Assembly: GCA_964016885.1 (NCBI GenBank)
Contig: OZ024740.1
Coordinates: forward strand, 103,788,001 to 103,852,000
Length of the DNA: 64,000 nt
Reading direction: 5' to 3'
DNA from: Eledone cirrhosa
Lineage: Eukaryota
The stretch's first letter is position 1. Each line of letters starts with the position of its first letter. Under the pieces are notes generated by a model. The model saw nothing but the letters and a program-made list of their open reading frames with translations. It made no database searches and was not told the origin of the DNA. Position numbers and translations under genes: made by a program. This document shows positions 41,786 through 56,269 of the stretch, piece by piece.

Positions 41786-42095
41786 AATATGATATTAAGA
41801 AAACAACTTCTAGCATGTGAAAGTCGACCCAACAGAGTAGACAACACGTGTAAATGGAAACTTACATAATTTTTCCCACCCTTTTCTTTTGGATGGGGGA
41901 AATTTGTCTCAAATGTGTTACATGTTTGTGTCCGAGAGTACATATCATACAAACCAAAACAACACACACATACATGTGTGTATGTGTGTGAGTAAATAGG
42001 TAACAACATTTCTTTGTTATATTATAGAAACAGCTGTGTTCAAATTTTCAAGTTTAATCTCTTCCATTAAGGGTTTGTTATATATATATATATAC

Positions 42096-42136
<41 letters not shown>

Positions 42137-42138
<2 letters not shown>

Positions 42139-45100
42139 ATGGCTGCAAACTCTGCCAAGAGTATTGCAATCGCTTGTCAGATTCAGATCTTGCACTCCTT
42201 CACACACTGACGACAACTATGGATCTCCCTGGCTTGAGGTCCTGCATCAGGTTGCCGATTAACCCTCACAACACCAAAGAGATCATAGTTCACTGGTTCT
42301 CTTTGAACATGGCTGTGACTGTGGCTCCTGAGACCAGAGTTGCTCAAGCAAATTTTTCCACACTCAGGGCACTTCAATTCAATGGAGACACCGATCGTTT
42401 CGAGAGATACATGAGGGCATTGCTTACACACATCCCATTTGATCTTCTCGTGCTCTATGCGTCTGTCCTCAAAATTATGGACCCCATCATTCACCATTCC
42501 ACGCCAAGTTTCTCTTCCAAGTGCTTCTATCTCCCAGTCAGTCATCATCAAACCAGTTTTTTTCAATGAGTCCTTTACACAATCCTTGAATCGGAGCCTT
42601 GGCTTGTGAGGTGGTCCCTTACCCTCACAAAACTTGCCATACAAGAGTTGTTTTGGGATTCGATCATCCTCCATTCTGCAGAGGTGTCTGGTCCATCGCA
42701 AATGCCGTCGATGGATGATACTCTCAATGCTCCAACACTCACTTCTCTCAAGGACATCAACATCTCTCACATGCATCTGCCACTTGATACCAAGCATCTT
42801 TCTGAGACACTGCTGGTGAAACCGTTCCAGTCTGTGGATATGCTGTTTGTAGGCAACCCATGTCTCACATGCATACAACAAAGCTGACAGTACGCATCCA
42901 GCACACACTCTCACCTTGGTCCTCATTGTGATTCCTTGCCTGCACCAAAGACAGTCGTTGAGTCTTCCAAATGATTCACTTGCCTTACTAACATGTAGAC
43001 CAGCTTCTGCATCCATAGAGCAGGTCACACTCAGAGTACTCCCCAAATACACAAATGTGTATGGAGGGTTTATTGAAAACTTTATCCGGAGCTGGTTGGT
43101 ACATGACGACAGTCTTCTTCAGACTGATTGTCAGTCCCAAAGCATTGGAAAAAGAATTCATAAGGTGTTGCATGTCACTTTGGGAGTGTGCAAAGAGATC
43201 ACAATCATCTGCATATACAAATTCTCTGATCAAGGTACTCAGTATCTTAGTGTTGGCAGTGAGACACCTGAGGTTAAACAGCTTGCCGGAAGTGCGATAT
43301 CTGAGATAGATACTGTGTTGACAATCCCTGAAGGCCATGAAGAACACCATTGTGAAATACAAGGCAAACACCATGCTTGACACCATTTTCAACTGAGATT
43401 GGCTCAGACAGTTTACCTCCAGCATTCACCCATGCCTGCATGTCATCATGGAAGAGTTTCAGAATGTTCACAAACTTTTCAGGACAGCCCAATCTCTCCA
43501 AAATAACCCACAAAGCCTTCCAATTAGCCTTTCGATTAACAGTGTCAAATGCCTTGGTCAGATCGACAAAAACTTGGTATAAGTCCATGCACTGCTCAAT
43601 GTATTTCTCTTGAAGTTGTTTGGCCGAGAGGATCACGTCAACAGTGCCTCTGCCATTCCTAAAGCCACATTGGGACTCAGGAAGTACCTCAACAGCAATG
43701 TGCTGTATCAATCTGTCCAACAAAATCCTTCACAAGATCTTCCCAGCCACAGATAGCAGCGAGATACCTCTGTAGTTGCCACAGTCATCTTTGGCTCCCT
43801 TTCCTTGTACCACCATCAATGCATCTTTCCAGTCCTGTGGTACATCTTCTTCATTCCAAACATTCACAAAGAGATCAGTGAGGCGGTTTAAGAAGTTATA
43901 ACCAGCAGACTTCAAAATCTCGGCACTAAGTCCATCCATTCCAGGTGACTTGCCGCTGTTTAATTTGGCAATGGCCTTTGCCACCTCATCAAATGAAAGA
44001 GGATCAGCCATTGCCAGCTTTGTAGGTCTGGATGGAATCAACCGGATGAACTCATCATCAATTTCTGATGGTCTGTTGAGAAGCTCATCAAAGTGGTCAT
44101 GCCACCTGATCAGGATTTCCTTCGGATCTCTGAGCAATTCCTTGCTGTCCCTGGAGCAAAGTGGTGATATTTGTGAACCGGTCGGACCATACACCTCCCT
44201 GAGCAGACTGTATAAGAGCTTTGTATCATGTCTATCTGAGGCCTTCTGGATTTCATCAGCTTTTTGGCTCCACCAGGTATCCTGCATGGCTCTCAATCAA
44301 TATTGCACACGTACCTTGATCTGCCTGAAGGTCTGGTCACTCTTGTCAGAACGTGTCTCACACAACAATGATGTCTGCACTTTTTGTTTCTCTTCAAGCA
44401 AGGTCTGGATCATTGCATCATTTGCATCGAACCAGTCTTTATGCTTTCTATTGGCATGACACAAAACTCCAGCACTAACATCATAGACGGTTTTCTTCAA
44501 TGATTCCCATGTGTTTTTACATTCCAAGGGCCCAAGGGACTTCAACAGCTCAGCTCTGACTTTCTCTGTTTTCAGACGAGCCACGTCTAGTTGTTTTGGA
44601 AGTGCAACCTTCTTCTCCCTTACTTTGGACTTCACAACAAATTGAAATTTTGCGAGCATCATATGATGGTCAGTCCAACATTCTGCGCCTCGCAATACAC
44701 GAACCAATGTGATATCCCTGATATCACGTTTCCTCGTTAAAACAAAGTCAATAAGGCACCACTTCCTGTAAACTGGATGCATCCAAGTTGTCTTATATTT
44801 GTCTTTCTGCTGAAAGAGCGTGTTCCCAACAACAAGATCCATCTCAGTGCACATCTGCAACAGAAGTAGGCCATTGTTATTGCACTTACCTACTCCATGC
44901 TTGCCCATCACACTCCAAGCTTCCCACTCATTACCAACATGTGCATTAAAATCACTAAGGATGACAATCTTGTCTACATAAGGTATACCATGGATGACCT
45001 CTCTCAAAGACATGTAGAAACTTAGTTTTTCATCATCACTGGCACACATAGTAGGAACGTACACACTGACCAGAATCACAAAGCGGTTTTGAATCAGAGG

Positions 45101-45370
45101 GACTCATGGACATTTTCCGATCATTGAATCCACAAGGAAGATTTTCCAGCTTTGAAACGATTCCATTCCCTCCAATAGAAGGTATATCCTCCCTTCTGTT
45201 CTGTGAATTGACTCTCACCTGCCAATCTCGTTTCTGAAAGAGCAACGATGTCCATGCTATAGCGATTGAGTTTCCTCAACACCAAAGCAGATCTTCTTTC
45301 AGGGCGAGTTTCACTGGACTGGGAATAAAGTAAAGTTCTTACATTCCAGCATCCAATATTCAGAGGTTTG
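42137..45370 (-). mobile_element. near-full-length decayed RTE (BovB-like) LINE: APE, RT and C-terminal zinc finger
   Basis: LNIGCWNVRTL start; SDFNAHVG, TDHH; PESQCGFR, FVDLTKAFD, YADD; CPECGKICLSNSGLRSH; 3' ACTC-loop-GAGT hairpin then GCAGCCATC and (TA)n. Confidence 0.93.
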
Positions 45371-46216
45371 AACCTCTTTGCAGTATATATAAGCTTTCAC
45401 TCCACTCATACAAATTCTTTTGTAGATACTCATCTTGAACTTTCCTCTCAGTGCCACATTTTGCACTATCCAACACATACACTGTACACGCATCACTTAG
45501 ATCTCATTTATGAGTGATGATGAAATCAATCATGTGTCCAGGCTTGGATCATGGATGATACCAGGTCGTTTTATATTTGAGCTTCTGATGGAAAAGAGTA
45601 TTGCAGATGGTTAAGTTGAGTTCTGAGTAGAGTTTAAGCAACCTCAGGCTGTTTGTGTCATTTTACCAATACCAAATAGCCTGAGTGTGCCTCATTATGA
45701 TTGTTTAACATTTATCTTTTCATGCTTGCATGGGTTATACGAGTTGCCACATTATGAAGCAAGTCAGGGCAGGTGGCTATGTCTTGCTCATGCAGATCTG
45801 TATTTTGGCTTGGTTTCTACAGCTGGATGCCCTTCCTAACACCATCCACATTAGAGCATGGACTGGGTGCTTTTTCATTGTCACCAATAACACCACCCAC
45901 CTTACAGAGTGGATTGGGTGCTTTTGTTGTGGCACCAGATCATCATTCATGGAGGACAGTACTTTTTTGTCATGGCAACAGCATCGTGGGAGATCAGATG
46001 TGGAATTATATACACACACACACATACAGATATATATCCTCACTTCCTTCCTGTGCAGTCATTTCTGGCACTATATATGAATAATGGAGTGCCCATCCTC
46101 CATCCAAATCAATGGTACCAGAGCCATGGAACTTTCTTGAAGAAGCTCAGACTATATCTAGCTGGTAACACCTAGTCTTATCCACTAATTCCTGCTCCTT
46201 ACTTGTAAAGGTTGTA

Positions 46217-46500
46217 ATGTTTCAGTTACCAATCCTCAAAACTTCTTCCATTCTGGACCCTCTCTGGGGTGCATCCATTCCACATCTCCCAGGACAAATC
46301 GCAAACCCATCACCACTTTTTATGACATTGGATGGAGGTTGTGATATATATTTTGAACAGGCCCTCTACTTAAAGCATTCCATGTTATCATGTATACAGG
46401 ACGATGTAGTATGATTGCTTTTATTGCATCTGACCATACTGTAGTTTTGGTGGTCTTATTCATGCCAATCACAATTAAGATGCGGCTGAGATCTCGGATC
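46217..46500 (-). mobile_element. old repeat homologous to 62440-62760, possibly a Gypsy pol connection fragment
   Basis: The two loci share gcatccat.ccaca.ctcccaggaca..tcgcaa.ccc; minus peptide GLR(F/H)VLG.V.WM resembles the LR-FLG-GW motif. Confidence 0.4.
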
Positions 46501-46659
46501 ACCATTTTTAGAGGCAGCCTTTATTTGACTTGTAACTACATCGCTGGGTTGTGAAAGTTTTCTTGAGAGCTAACACTGCTCTATCTCACCTAGTAGCTTA
46601 CCACTATTGGGTTCTGAGTTGCTTATTCATCTGTTTGGAACCCAATTCATGCATCTAAG

Positions 46660-48050
46660 ACAGTCATATATCCTAATGGGAGACTTCAATGAACATGTTG
46701 GCACTGACCACCTGACATGGAAAAGAGTGATTGGAAGGAATGGCAATTCTGATCTAAATGTGAATGGAGAGGCCTTATTAGACTTCTGTTCTGTTAATGG
46801 GCTTTCTATTATGAACACCTTCTTCTAGCACAAAGACATCCATAAATATACATGGCATAAAAGAAATTGAGGACAGAGATCACTAATTGATTTTGTTATT
46901 GAATCTGATCTCTTCGTTTCTGTGCCTGATGTATGTGTTAAGACAGGGACTGAGCCGTCAACTGATCACTATTTAGTTATTTGCAATCTGAGACTACCTA
47001 AAGTCAAGAAAACTCACAAAAATAGCAGGTCCAGCTTGACCTACAGGATAAAGTGGGAAGCACTAACTGATGAAGTAGTCAGGACCAGATATGCAGATAC
47101 TATTGCATCCAAATTCAGAGAACTAAGGAAGTTAAAACAGCATAGAAACTGTTCAGCTTGGAAGTTTATGCTTCAGCTGTTAAATGCTGTAAGCAAAGGA
47201 GACTTGACGTAACACTGGGAGGCAAGGGGACACCTTGGAACAATCAAAGAGGAGACTTTCAAGGCTTGGCTTGGTAATAAGCCCACCTTCTTGCACTTGC
47301 AGTACAAGCAAGCATGAAAAATCAGAGAGAGTAAAGGAATCCAAAGTAAAAGAATAAAGTATTCTGGCAGACCATCCACTAATTTCATCTGCCATACTTG
47401 CTATCTGGAACTTATCTGGGGTGCTCCTTTCTAAAGTGAGGTGCATCCTTACAAGGTAGAGAGAATATTTGCTGATCTCCTAAATCCGGCAACAAAAATA
47501 CCTTCTGATGTACATGACTAACTTCATGAAGGCTGAGATCACCAGAACAATCTAAGAGCCCAAATGTGGCAAGGGCTCTGGGGAGGATGAAATTTGGCCT
47601 CAGATGATAAAAACCTTTAACAGAGAATGTATTCTCCAGATGACTCGTGTGTGCTGGGTGGCCTGGATCGCTGGAAAGGTACAAAAGCAATCAGGACTGA
47701 TAATCTCAATTTTCAAAGAGTGAGACAAGACAGATTGCTCTAATTATAGAGAAATCACCTTGTTAAGCTTCCCTGGTAAAGCCTATGCTAAGTATCTGGC
47801 AAAGAAATGTAGGGATATTGTTGAGTCAAAGTTAGCTGATGAACAGTGTGGTTTTCGTCCCAGATGCAGCACAGCTGATCAAATATTCACACTGCAGCAG
47901 GTATTTGAAAAATTGAGGGAGTATTGCCAAGGGATGTATGCTTGTTTCGTATACTCAAAAAGGTATACAACCACATTTCATAGGACTTGTGGAAGGTTCT
48001 GAAGAAGTATGGGATTGATGGACGACTTCTAGTTGTCTTGAAGTTCCCAT
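46660..48050 (+). mobile_element. heavily decayed RTE fragment (APE C-terminus to RT N-terminus)
   Basis: ILMGDFNEHVG, MNTFF, TDHYLV, EQCGFRP..STADQIF. Confidence 0.85.
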
Positions 48051-48409
48051 ACGAATTCCCTAGCATTTTCATTCGATGTGTGTATATATGTAGCTGATGG
48101 AAACAAACATGTTTTTTAACTTTTAATCCTTTTAATACTTTTTTCTGCTACTCTTCTTTGATGAAGGGTTTAACTTGAAGCAAAAAATCTTTTCTTTTTC
48201 CTTTCAGATACATTTTTCTATGTTCTATGTGCATATATTTTGTCTACCATATGTCTACTTTTGTCCAGCTTGTTTAATCTTATATATTATTATTATTATT
48301 AGTAGTAGTAGTAGTAATAGTAGAACAGATTATGAAGTCCTCTTTGGATTTTGATCTTTGTATTTATTATATATATATATAATAAATACAAAGATTATAT
48401 ATATATATA

Positions 48410-48970
48410 ATAAATACAATGAAATGAATTGAGACAGAGAGTGAGCATAAGAGGAATCAAATGCTGTGTGCAGGAGAGGCGGTTGCGTTGGTATCTACAT
48501 GTAATGCGTATGAAGGATGACAGCTGCATAAAAAGATGCAGAGCACTAGAAGTCGATGGAAACCGCGGAGTGGGGAGACCCAAGATGACCTGGGATGAGG
48601 TGATAAAAGCCGACCTTACCCAATTACACCTCTTCAAGGCGATGACACACGACTGTGATCTCTGGCGTGACACAGTAATACAGAGTACCCGACCTCCCAT
48701 GGGTACAAGCTGAAGCATATAGACAATATGCCCCCACACCTCCCACCGCAAGGTGGTTGTGGAGGTGCCACAGCAAAAAAGCACCCAGCCCACACTGTAA
48801 AGTGGACGTGTAGGCGCTACGAAAAAGCACCCAGCACTCACTGTAAATGAGGTTGGTGTTAGGAAGGGCATCCAGCTGTAGAAATCAAGCCAAATCAGTT
48901 CCTGTATGAGCAAGGACAACCCGTCTAACCCATGCTAGCGTAGAAGAACGGACGTAAAACGGTGATGATA
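48410..48970 (+). mobile_element. RTE family A 3' fragment
   Basis: RRLRWYLHVMR...PPMGTS* plus the 3' UTR modules. Confidence 0.9.
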
Positions 48971-49039
48971 TATATATATATATATATATATGATATATAT
49001 ATATGGAGGGGTATAGAGGGCCCATGAGTCCAGTAAGAC

Positions 49040-52000
49040 ATCCTCTCTAGTACTGGTGGCATGAATAAAAGCACCTAGTCCATGCTGTAAAGTGGCATTG
49101 GTGTTAGGAAGGGCATCCAACCAGTGTATCAATGCCAAAACAATTATGAGCACAGCAACAAATATATAGGAACAACAAAAATATGAAGACGTCGCATCTC
49201 AGAGTTGCAACACAATGTTGGCACTCTCAGAGGTAGATCTGGTGAAATAGCAGAGATGCTGGAGAGAAGGCATGTGGATGTGTGCTGCGTGCAAGAGGTG
49301 AGATGGAGAGGTGCCTCTGCGAGACTAGTCGCAGGCAAACATCTTAGCTATAAGCTTTTCTGGGTAGGTAAGGATGATGGGTTAGGGGGAGTAGGCATTT
49401 TTCTGGCTGAGAGATGGATCAATAAGACAATAGAGGTAGTTTGAGTTAATCGAATAATTAAGCTTAGATTAGTTGTAGGCTACTCACAATCATCTCTGCT
49501 TATGCTCCCCAAGCAGGCCTAGGCAAAGAAGAGAAAGACTGCTTTTACGAGCAACTTTTACAAATATCTGCAATGACAGAGGACGGAGACATGGTTATGC
49601 TAGAAGGGGACTTCAATGGTCATGTTGGACAGCTCCAGGATGGTTACACTGGGGTACATGGTGGGCACGGTTACGGCTCAAGAAATGAAGGAGTGAGACT
49701 TCTTGAATTTTGTGATGCAAGTACACTGACTATTTGCAACACCAACTTCCAGAAACCTGCCAACCACCTAATAACCTACAAATCAGGCGAGCACATAAGC
49801 CAGATTGGCTTCTTACTAGTTAGGCAGCGGGACAGGTAGATGGTGTCAAATACCAAGGCATACCTTGAGGAAGAATGTACCCCACAGCATAGGTTAGTTG
49901 TTAGTGATATCTCAGTAAGCAAGAGATGGAATGAGACATACAGGAAGGTGTGGAGAAGAAAGGTCTGGAGGCTAAAAGACCTTTCACTAAAATACAAATT
50001 TAGGAAAGCCCTTCCAGATGTGTATGACGAAAAAGAAGACGATTTAGATATGTATGACATAGATAATAACTGGAATTTCTTACGTGACAACTTACTGCAG
50101 GCTACTGAGGAAACTTGTGGCTGAAGCAGAGCTCCAACCAGACAGAGAGTGACCTGGTGGTGGAACAGCACAGTAGATAGGGCCATTAGAGACAAAAGAC
50201 TAGCATGGAAGGCTTGGAAAAAGGGTGGGAGTAGAGAAGGATATACAGCCGATAAGAGAGAAGATAGTCGTCAGGTGTACTTAGCACGCAGGGAGGCTGA
50301 AAGTAGGAGGTTTGCCAATGTTCTGCGATGGGAAGATCAGAGGCATGTGGTGTTCCACATTGCAAGGCAGTGTGTCAATGCAAATCAGGATGTTGTTGGA
50401 GATAAATGTGTCCGGAATGATGCCGGTGTACTTAGTGTCACGGATGATCAGAAAAAGGAGGCGTGGAAATGTCATTATGAGAGACTGATGAATGTGGAGA
50501 ACGAATGGGACAGAGAGAAATTATCCCTAGTAGATCCGACAGAGGGACCAGCTATTGAGATTGACGAATATAGGGTCCAAGAGGCAATTAAGGAAATGAA
50601 AAATGGTAAGGCTTCTGGACCATCGGGGATAGTTGCTGAGATGCTGAAGGCATCAGGGGACGTAGGCACTAAACTGGTTGCACGCGTCATCAATCAGGCT
50701 ATATATGGCAGTGTCATACCCAAAGACTGGTGCAGAAGTATTCTCATAAATTGCTACAAAAGTAAAGGGGATGCTCTGGAGAGGAGCAATTATAGGGGTA
50801 TAAAACTGATGGATCAGGTTATGAAAGTGGCAGAGAGAATATTAGCACAACTAATTAGAGAAAGGGTCAAACTAGATGAGATGCAGTTTGGTTTTGTGCC
50901 TGGGAAAAGTACAACAGATGCCCTCTTCTTGGTGAGACAATTACAAGAGAGGTTCTTAGAGAAGAATAAGCCACTATACTTAGCCTTTGTTGACCTAGAG
51001 AAGGCCTTTGATAGGTAACCCTGATCTGTTATCTGGTGGTCCCTAAGGAAACTAGGTGCTGAGGAATGGCTTGTGAGGACAGTGCAAACTTTGTACAGAG
51101 GTGCTGTCAGTAAAGTCAGGGTAGGAATGGAGTTTAGTGAGGAATTCCAGATTCAAGTAGGAGTACATCAAGGTTCGGTCCTCAGCCCGCTCTTGTTCAT
51201 AATAGTCCTCCAAGCCATAACAGAGAAGTTTAAGACTGGCTATCCATGGGAACTTCTCTATGCTGATGATCTGGTTCTTATAGCAGAATCAGTAGAGGAG
51301 CTAGAGAATAAATTCTGGCTATGGAAACAGCAGTTGGAAGCAAGAGGACTGAGAGTGAACCTAGCTAAGACAAAAGTATTGATGAGTAGAAAAGAGGACA
51401 AAACTCTGATTCCGTCAGGAAAATGGCCATGTTCGATATGCAGAAAAGGAACTGGCATAAATTCTATAAAATGCACACAATGCAGGTCCTGGGTACACAA
51501 GAGATGTAGCGGGATAGCAGGCAAACTAACAGGTAGGGAGAAATATGTATGCAGTAGATGTACAGGGAAATTAGACAGTAGAAGTCGCACTGATAGACAC
51601 ATTTCTCAAATGCGAGAGGGCGCTATAGAAGTGGTGGATAGCTTCCGGTAGCTAGGAGATCAGATTAGCATGGGAGGGGGGGGGTGTTCCGAGGCCATAG
51701 TATCTAGAATAAGGACGGGTTGGAAGAAGTTTAGGGAGCTGCTTCCTCTGTTGACGAAGAAGGGTTTCTCCCTGCGTACGAAAGGCCGGTTATATGATGC
51801 CTGTGTGAGGAGTGCGATGCTGTATGGTAGTGAGACATGGGCAGCAACTGCAGAAGATATGTGACGGCTGGAGAGAAATGAGGCAAGCATGCTTCGTTGG
51901 ATGAGCAATGTCAATGTGCGTGAACGACCCAGCATGGATGTGTTGAGAGAGAAACTGTGCTTGGAGCGATAGAATGTAGTGTGCGAGAGAGGAGACTGTG

Positions 52001-52262
52001 GTGGTATGGACATGTGATGCGCATGGAGGATGACCGATGGGTAAAGAAGTGCCAGGAAATGCCAGTTGAAGGAAGACTTGGTAGAGGTAGACCACGAAAA
52101 ACAATGGCGGAGGTGGTGAGAACAGACCTCAGATCGCTGAAGCTCACAGTGGAGATGACGAAGGACCGTGACAAGTGGAGAGATGCTGTGCTGAATAAGA
52201 CCCATCCCACCCTTGCAAGCAGGGAAAAGCGGATGTAAAATGATGAGGAAGATGATGATGAT
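49040..52262 (+). mobile_element. near-full-length decayed RTE LINE (family C): APE, RT and PHD-like Cys cluster
   Basis: NVGTLRGR..CVQEVRW, GDFNGHVG, MQFGF, FVDLEKAFD, YADDL, CSIC..CTQC..HKRC..CSRC, YGSETW; terminus cccacccttgcaagcagggaaaagcggatgtaaaa(tga)n. Confidence 0.95.
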
Positions 52263-52469
52263 ATATATATGACTCTTCCAGTGACATTCTGCTATGTAGT
52301 AAAACATATCTACTGTAAGAGATCAAATGATTCATTACATTCTGATGTCAAGGAGTGACTCATAATATTCAATGTCAATTTTTTGGTGGGTCTTATAGAT
52401 TTTTGATACCCTCCTCCAATTTATAAATTTATAGCAGTTTATTTTTATTTCAGACTCTGTTATTGCTAT

Positions 52470-53080
52470 ATGGTAAATTCTGGTGATATGATAAACTAGT
52501 GCTATGTGGTAAATTAGTTGTGTGTGATAAACTAGTGCTGTTTGGTAAATTAGTTGTGTGTGATAAACTATTGGTGCATGGTAAATTAGTTGTGTGTGAT
52601 AAACTAGTTCTGTGATATATTAGTGCTGAGAAATAAATTAATTTTGTGATAAACTCTTGATGAACAATAAGCTATTGCCATGTAATAACCAAGAGGTATG
52701 TAATAAAGTATTGCTATGTGATAAAATAATGTTATAAGATAGAGATGTATGATAAAATAGTGCTCCATTTAATATGGCCACCATGAGACTAATCTTTGGC
52801 TTGAGGACAATTTCCTACCACTAATGTTGAGGTCTTTGGAAAGGTTTCTGGGTGCTGCCCTTCTCACTAAGGGTTGAAAAAAAAAAAAAAAAGAAAGTAA
52901 TTTGTGTGATAAACTAGTCCTGTATTATAAACTAGTACTGTATTATAAACTAGTACTGTAAGATGAACTAGTACTGTATGATGAACTAGTCCTGAATGAT
53001 GAACTAGTACTGTATGATAAACTAGTATTGTATGATGAACTACTACTGAAAGATGAACTAGAGTGATGTATGATAAACTA
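52470..53080. repeat. two related minisatellites (about 35-bp and 18-bp units sharing TGATAAACTAGT)
   Basis: gtgataaactagtgct.t.tggtaaattagttgtgt at 52490-52640; tgat(a/g)aactagtactgta about 9 times at 52905-53080. Confidence 0.85.
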
Positions 53081-54829
53081 TGGCTTGGATGTCATCAACT
53101 TAAATGATGAAAATTTAACAGTGTTGAATCAAGTGCTAACAAAAGCTCTGATCAAAACATTACAGTAAATGGCTGAAGGATTAAGATATGAAAAAAACAT
53201 TCTAGAAATAATATCAGACTCCTGATTTATTGAGGTCAATAAATTCTTTCATTTTATAAGAAATTAGTTGAATAACTAATTCTTTTAATCAGAATTTATG
53301 TTAGGATAGGAATGGTGGACAGTATTGGGGTTGATTCTTCCTCTATATCTTTCTCACTTCCTCCCTATCACAGTTTCGCCTTCTCTGGAAGAAATTGGCT
53401 ATGTTCAGACATGGAGAAAGGATGGTCTCCACTAGGTTTACAATGTCCAAGAAATGTTGTATGTCACTAGAGTGGCCCTACCACTCCATCAGGAGTTATG
53501 TGTTCATACATACAAGTGAAAGAAAAGCCTTTGAGCCAATTTTTAGTTGAATTATATAAATAACAACTTAAACAGTTTCAAAAATAAACTATCAATCCAT
53601 CTAGTAAACTTGAAGAACTTTCCATTATCAAAATTCTCAAAAGTTTTTACAGAATGTTTTCAATGTATTTTGAGAAGCAAACAAAATTACACACCTCTTT
53701 ACTAAACTGTATTTTGCTGAGATGTACATTTGTGTATGGAATGTTAAATAAAGGTAAATGAATTATTGGCATGCTCCAAGCAACTATGATTAACATTTTT
53801 ATGCTGGAATATTCATAGCATCATGCTGTCAATGAAATCTAAACTGAATTTTCATCATCTAGTGTGTCGTGTATTTTAAAGTAGTCAACTTTGAGTGTTT
53901 ACAACTACAGCAGAATTGATATGAAGATAATATGGTATTGTCAATAGAAGTGGTTGCCATTAATATAAAACACTAAAAGTTTAAAAAAGTGAATGGCATT
54001 TTAATTTTAAAACATTTTACATTACACTGTGGAAATAAGTTATTAAAATGTAAAAATTATGAAATTAGGAAAGTATGTTTTAATGAAAACAAAAAAATGT
54101 GAGAAATAAAATAGAAATTGTTAATTTAACAATACATTTTCTTAAAAATTAGAAATTAATTTTAAAAAAATTATGCATTTGTTAAGAGTTACTCTGTATA
54201 TTAGGCATATTTACTTTAAAAAAAATACTTGTATAGCTGAGAAATAACTTCAATGTTACAATAATATATCAAGAACAAAATTTGAAGAGATAGCTCTAAT
54301 CATACAATATATGTACACACACAATAAAACCTATTGTATAACTGGCAAAGAGTAGCGATTATTGCAAATAGTGAAATAAATTCCATGAAACATTAAATAA
54401 AATATCTTTTCAAAGTGACAGCTTATTAATAAGAAATCAATTTACAGAGAAGACAAATTACTTTGTTAAGAACATTAAGGTATTTAATAATAACATGTGG
54501 AAGAATTTGTGTGTGTGCGCGCATGTGTGTGTATATATATATATATATATATTCAAAGATACATGTTTGCTCCATATGGAAATGCTGATATTTAAAGAAA
54601 TATATAAAGTATATTTAAAAGAAATAATATCTTTCAGTGTGTAACATGTCATACAGTCAATTTTGTCAAAATTAAACAATTACGATTTGAGAACAATCGT
54701 TGGCAAGTAAATGTACAGAAAGAAAATTATCTTCAGCAGTTATGGAAACATTTAAAATAGAATCAAAAGATGGAAATTAAGAATGACTTTGGAAAGATGA
54801 TAATGATAATAATTGTTTCTATATTATTT

Positions 54830-55065
54830 GTAATAATAATAATAAATATAATTTCTAATTCAGGCACAAGGTTTGCAATTAAGGGGAAGGAGAAGGTTGA
54901 TTACATTGACTCCAGTTCTTGACTTGTATGTTAATTTATCAATCCTGGAGAGAGCAAAGGCAAAGTTGACCTTGGTGGGATTTGAACTCAGAATGTACAG
55001 AGCCATGACTAAATACCGCAAGGCATTTTCCTCGACATTCTAATGATTCTTTCAATCCACTGCCC
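54830..55065 (-). mobile_element. full-length SINE family B (diverged)
   Basis: Minus-strand GAGTTCAAATCCC B box; body as in the other family B copies. Confidence 0.8.
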
Positions 55066-55724
55066 TAATAACAATAATTATTATTAAAACAACAATAACA
55101 GGTGGCAATATAATGCCAGGTAGCTATAGTATTCAAATGAAAAATCTCAGTCAAAAGTAAATCAAAAGAAAGCCAGGTGTTAATAATAAATGTCAGTAAG
55201 ATTGAATATAAGATCAACCAGTATACACCAAGACCACAAGAGGAGTACAAGATTAGTTGGAATACAAAATATTTAAATATCACTCAGCAAAATATAAATA
55301 CTATGAAAAGGAGATATTAAAATTTATTAAAATAAAAAATAAAAAAAAGCTACAGCAGCATATTTCATGTAATTCTATTATACTTGAAATTAATTGTTCT
55401 TATTATTAACATTATTCTTTTCTGTGATATTATCATTGTCTTTAGATGTGTGTACAATATTTATACCTATATTATGATTAAACCAATTTGATCTTCTATT
55501 ATGAATATGTAACATGGTCCAAGACTGGATTCAAACAAAGATCCTTTATTCTTATCCACTAAGTACATTCAACAGTGGCTCAGTAGATAAAGATATTGCT
55601 ATTCTTAGTTTAGAAATAATTTGGAAAATTATAATTTCAATCAATTATAGAATGGTTTCATCACTTGATATTTGTTATCCAGCAAGAGAAATTATAACTT
55701 ATATTCTCCATTCTCTCCGCTTAA

Positions 55725-55978
55725 TCGATTGTCACAATCCCAGACCTCATTCACTAACCTAGTAGGGTGGAGCTCATCAAATCAAACCAAGGAAACAATG
55801 TTTTCATTGGTCTTTCCAATTACTGATACTATCTACTGGTTGCAACTCCTGGCAGAAAGAACAACATGAAATAAAATGTCTTGCTCAAAGACATAATGCA
55901 TTGATCGATCTGGGAATTGAACTTGCAACCTCATGATTGCAGATCGAATTCTCTAACCACTAGGTCATGCACCTTCAC
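55725..55978 (-). mobile_element. diverged CORE-SINE
   Basis: tctaaccactaggtcatgcaccttc head (reverse), gaaataaaatgtcttgctcaaagacata CORE. Confidence 0.7.
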
Positions 55979-56269
55979 TGACATGCAACATATTTCAAGC
56001 TATTTATTAAAAAATCTTCCCAAGACATCATATATCTATGAGTAAGAAGTGACTCCATATTTTCAGGCATTCGATGACATATAATGTTTGTAGTTATTTC
56101 TATTTAGATAACTACATGCTGAGATGTTCAGAGAACCAAACTTTTCAGGTCTCATTTATTTCATAGTATCAAAATCTTAGAAAATGACAATAATGCAACA
56201 AAAGGTCTATGGTATTTGGCCTGAGCCTGAAAAATCTAAAATATAATGGATGCACTAGTATGTTTTGGG

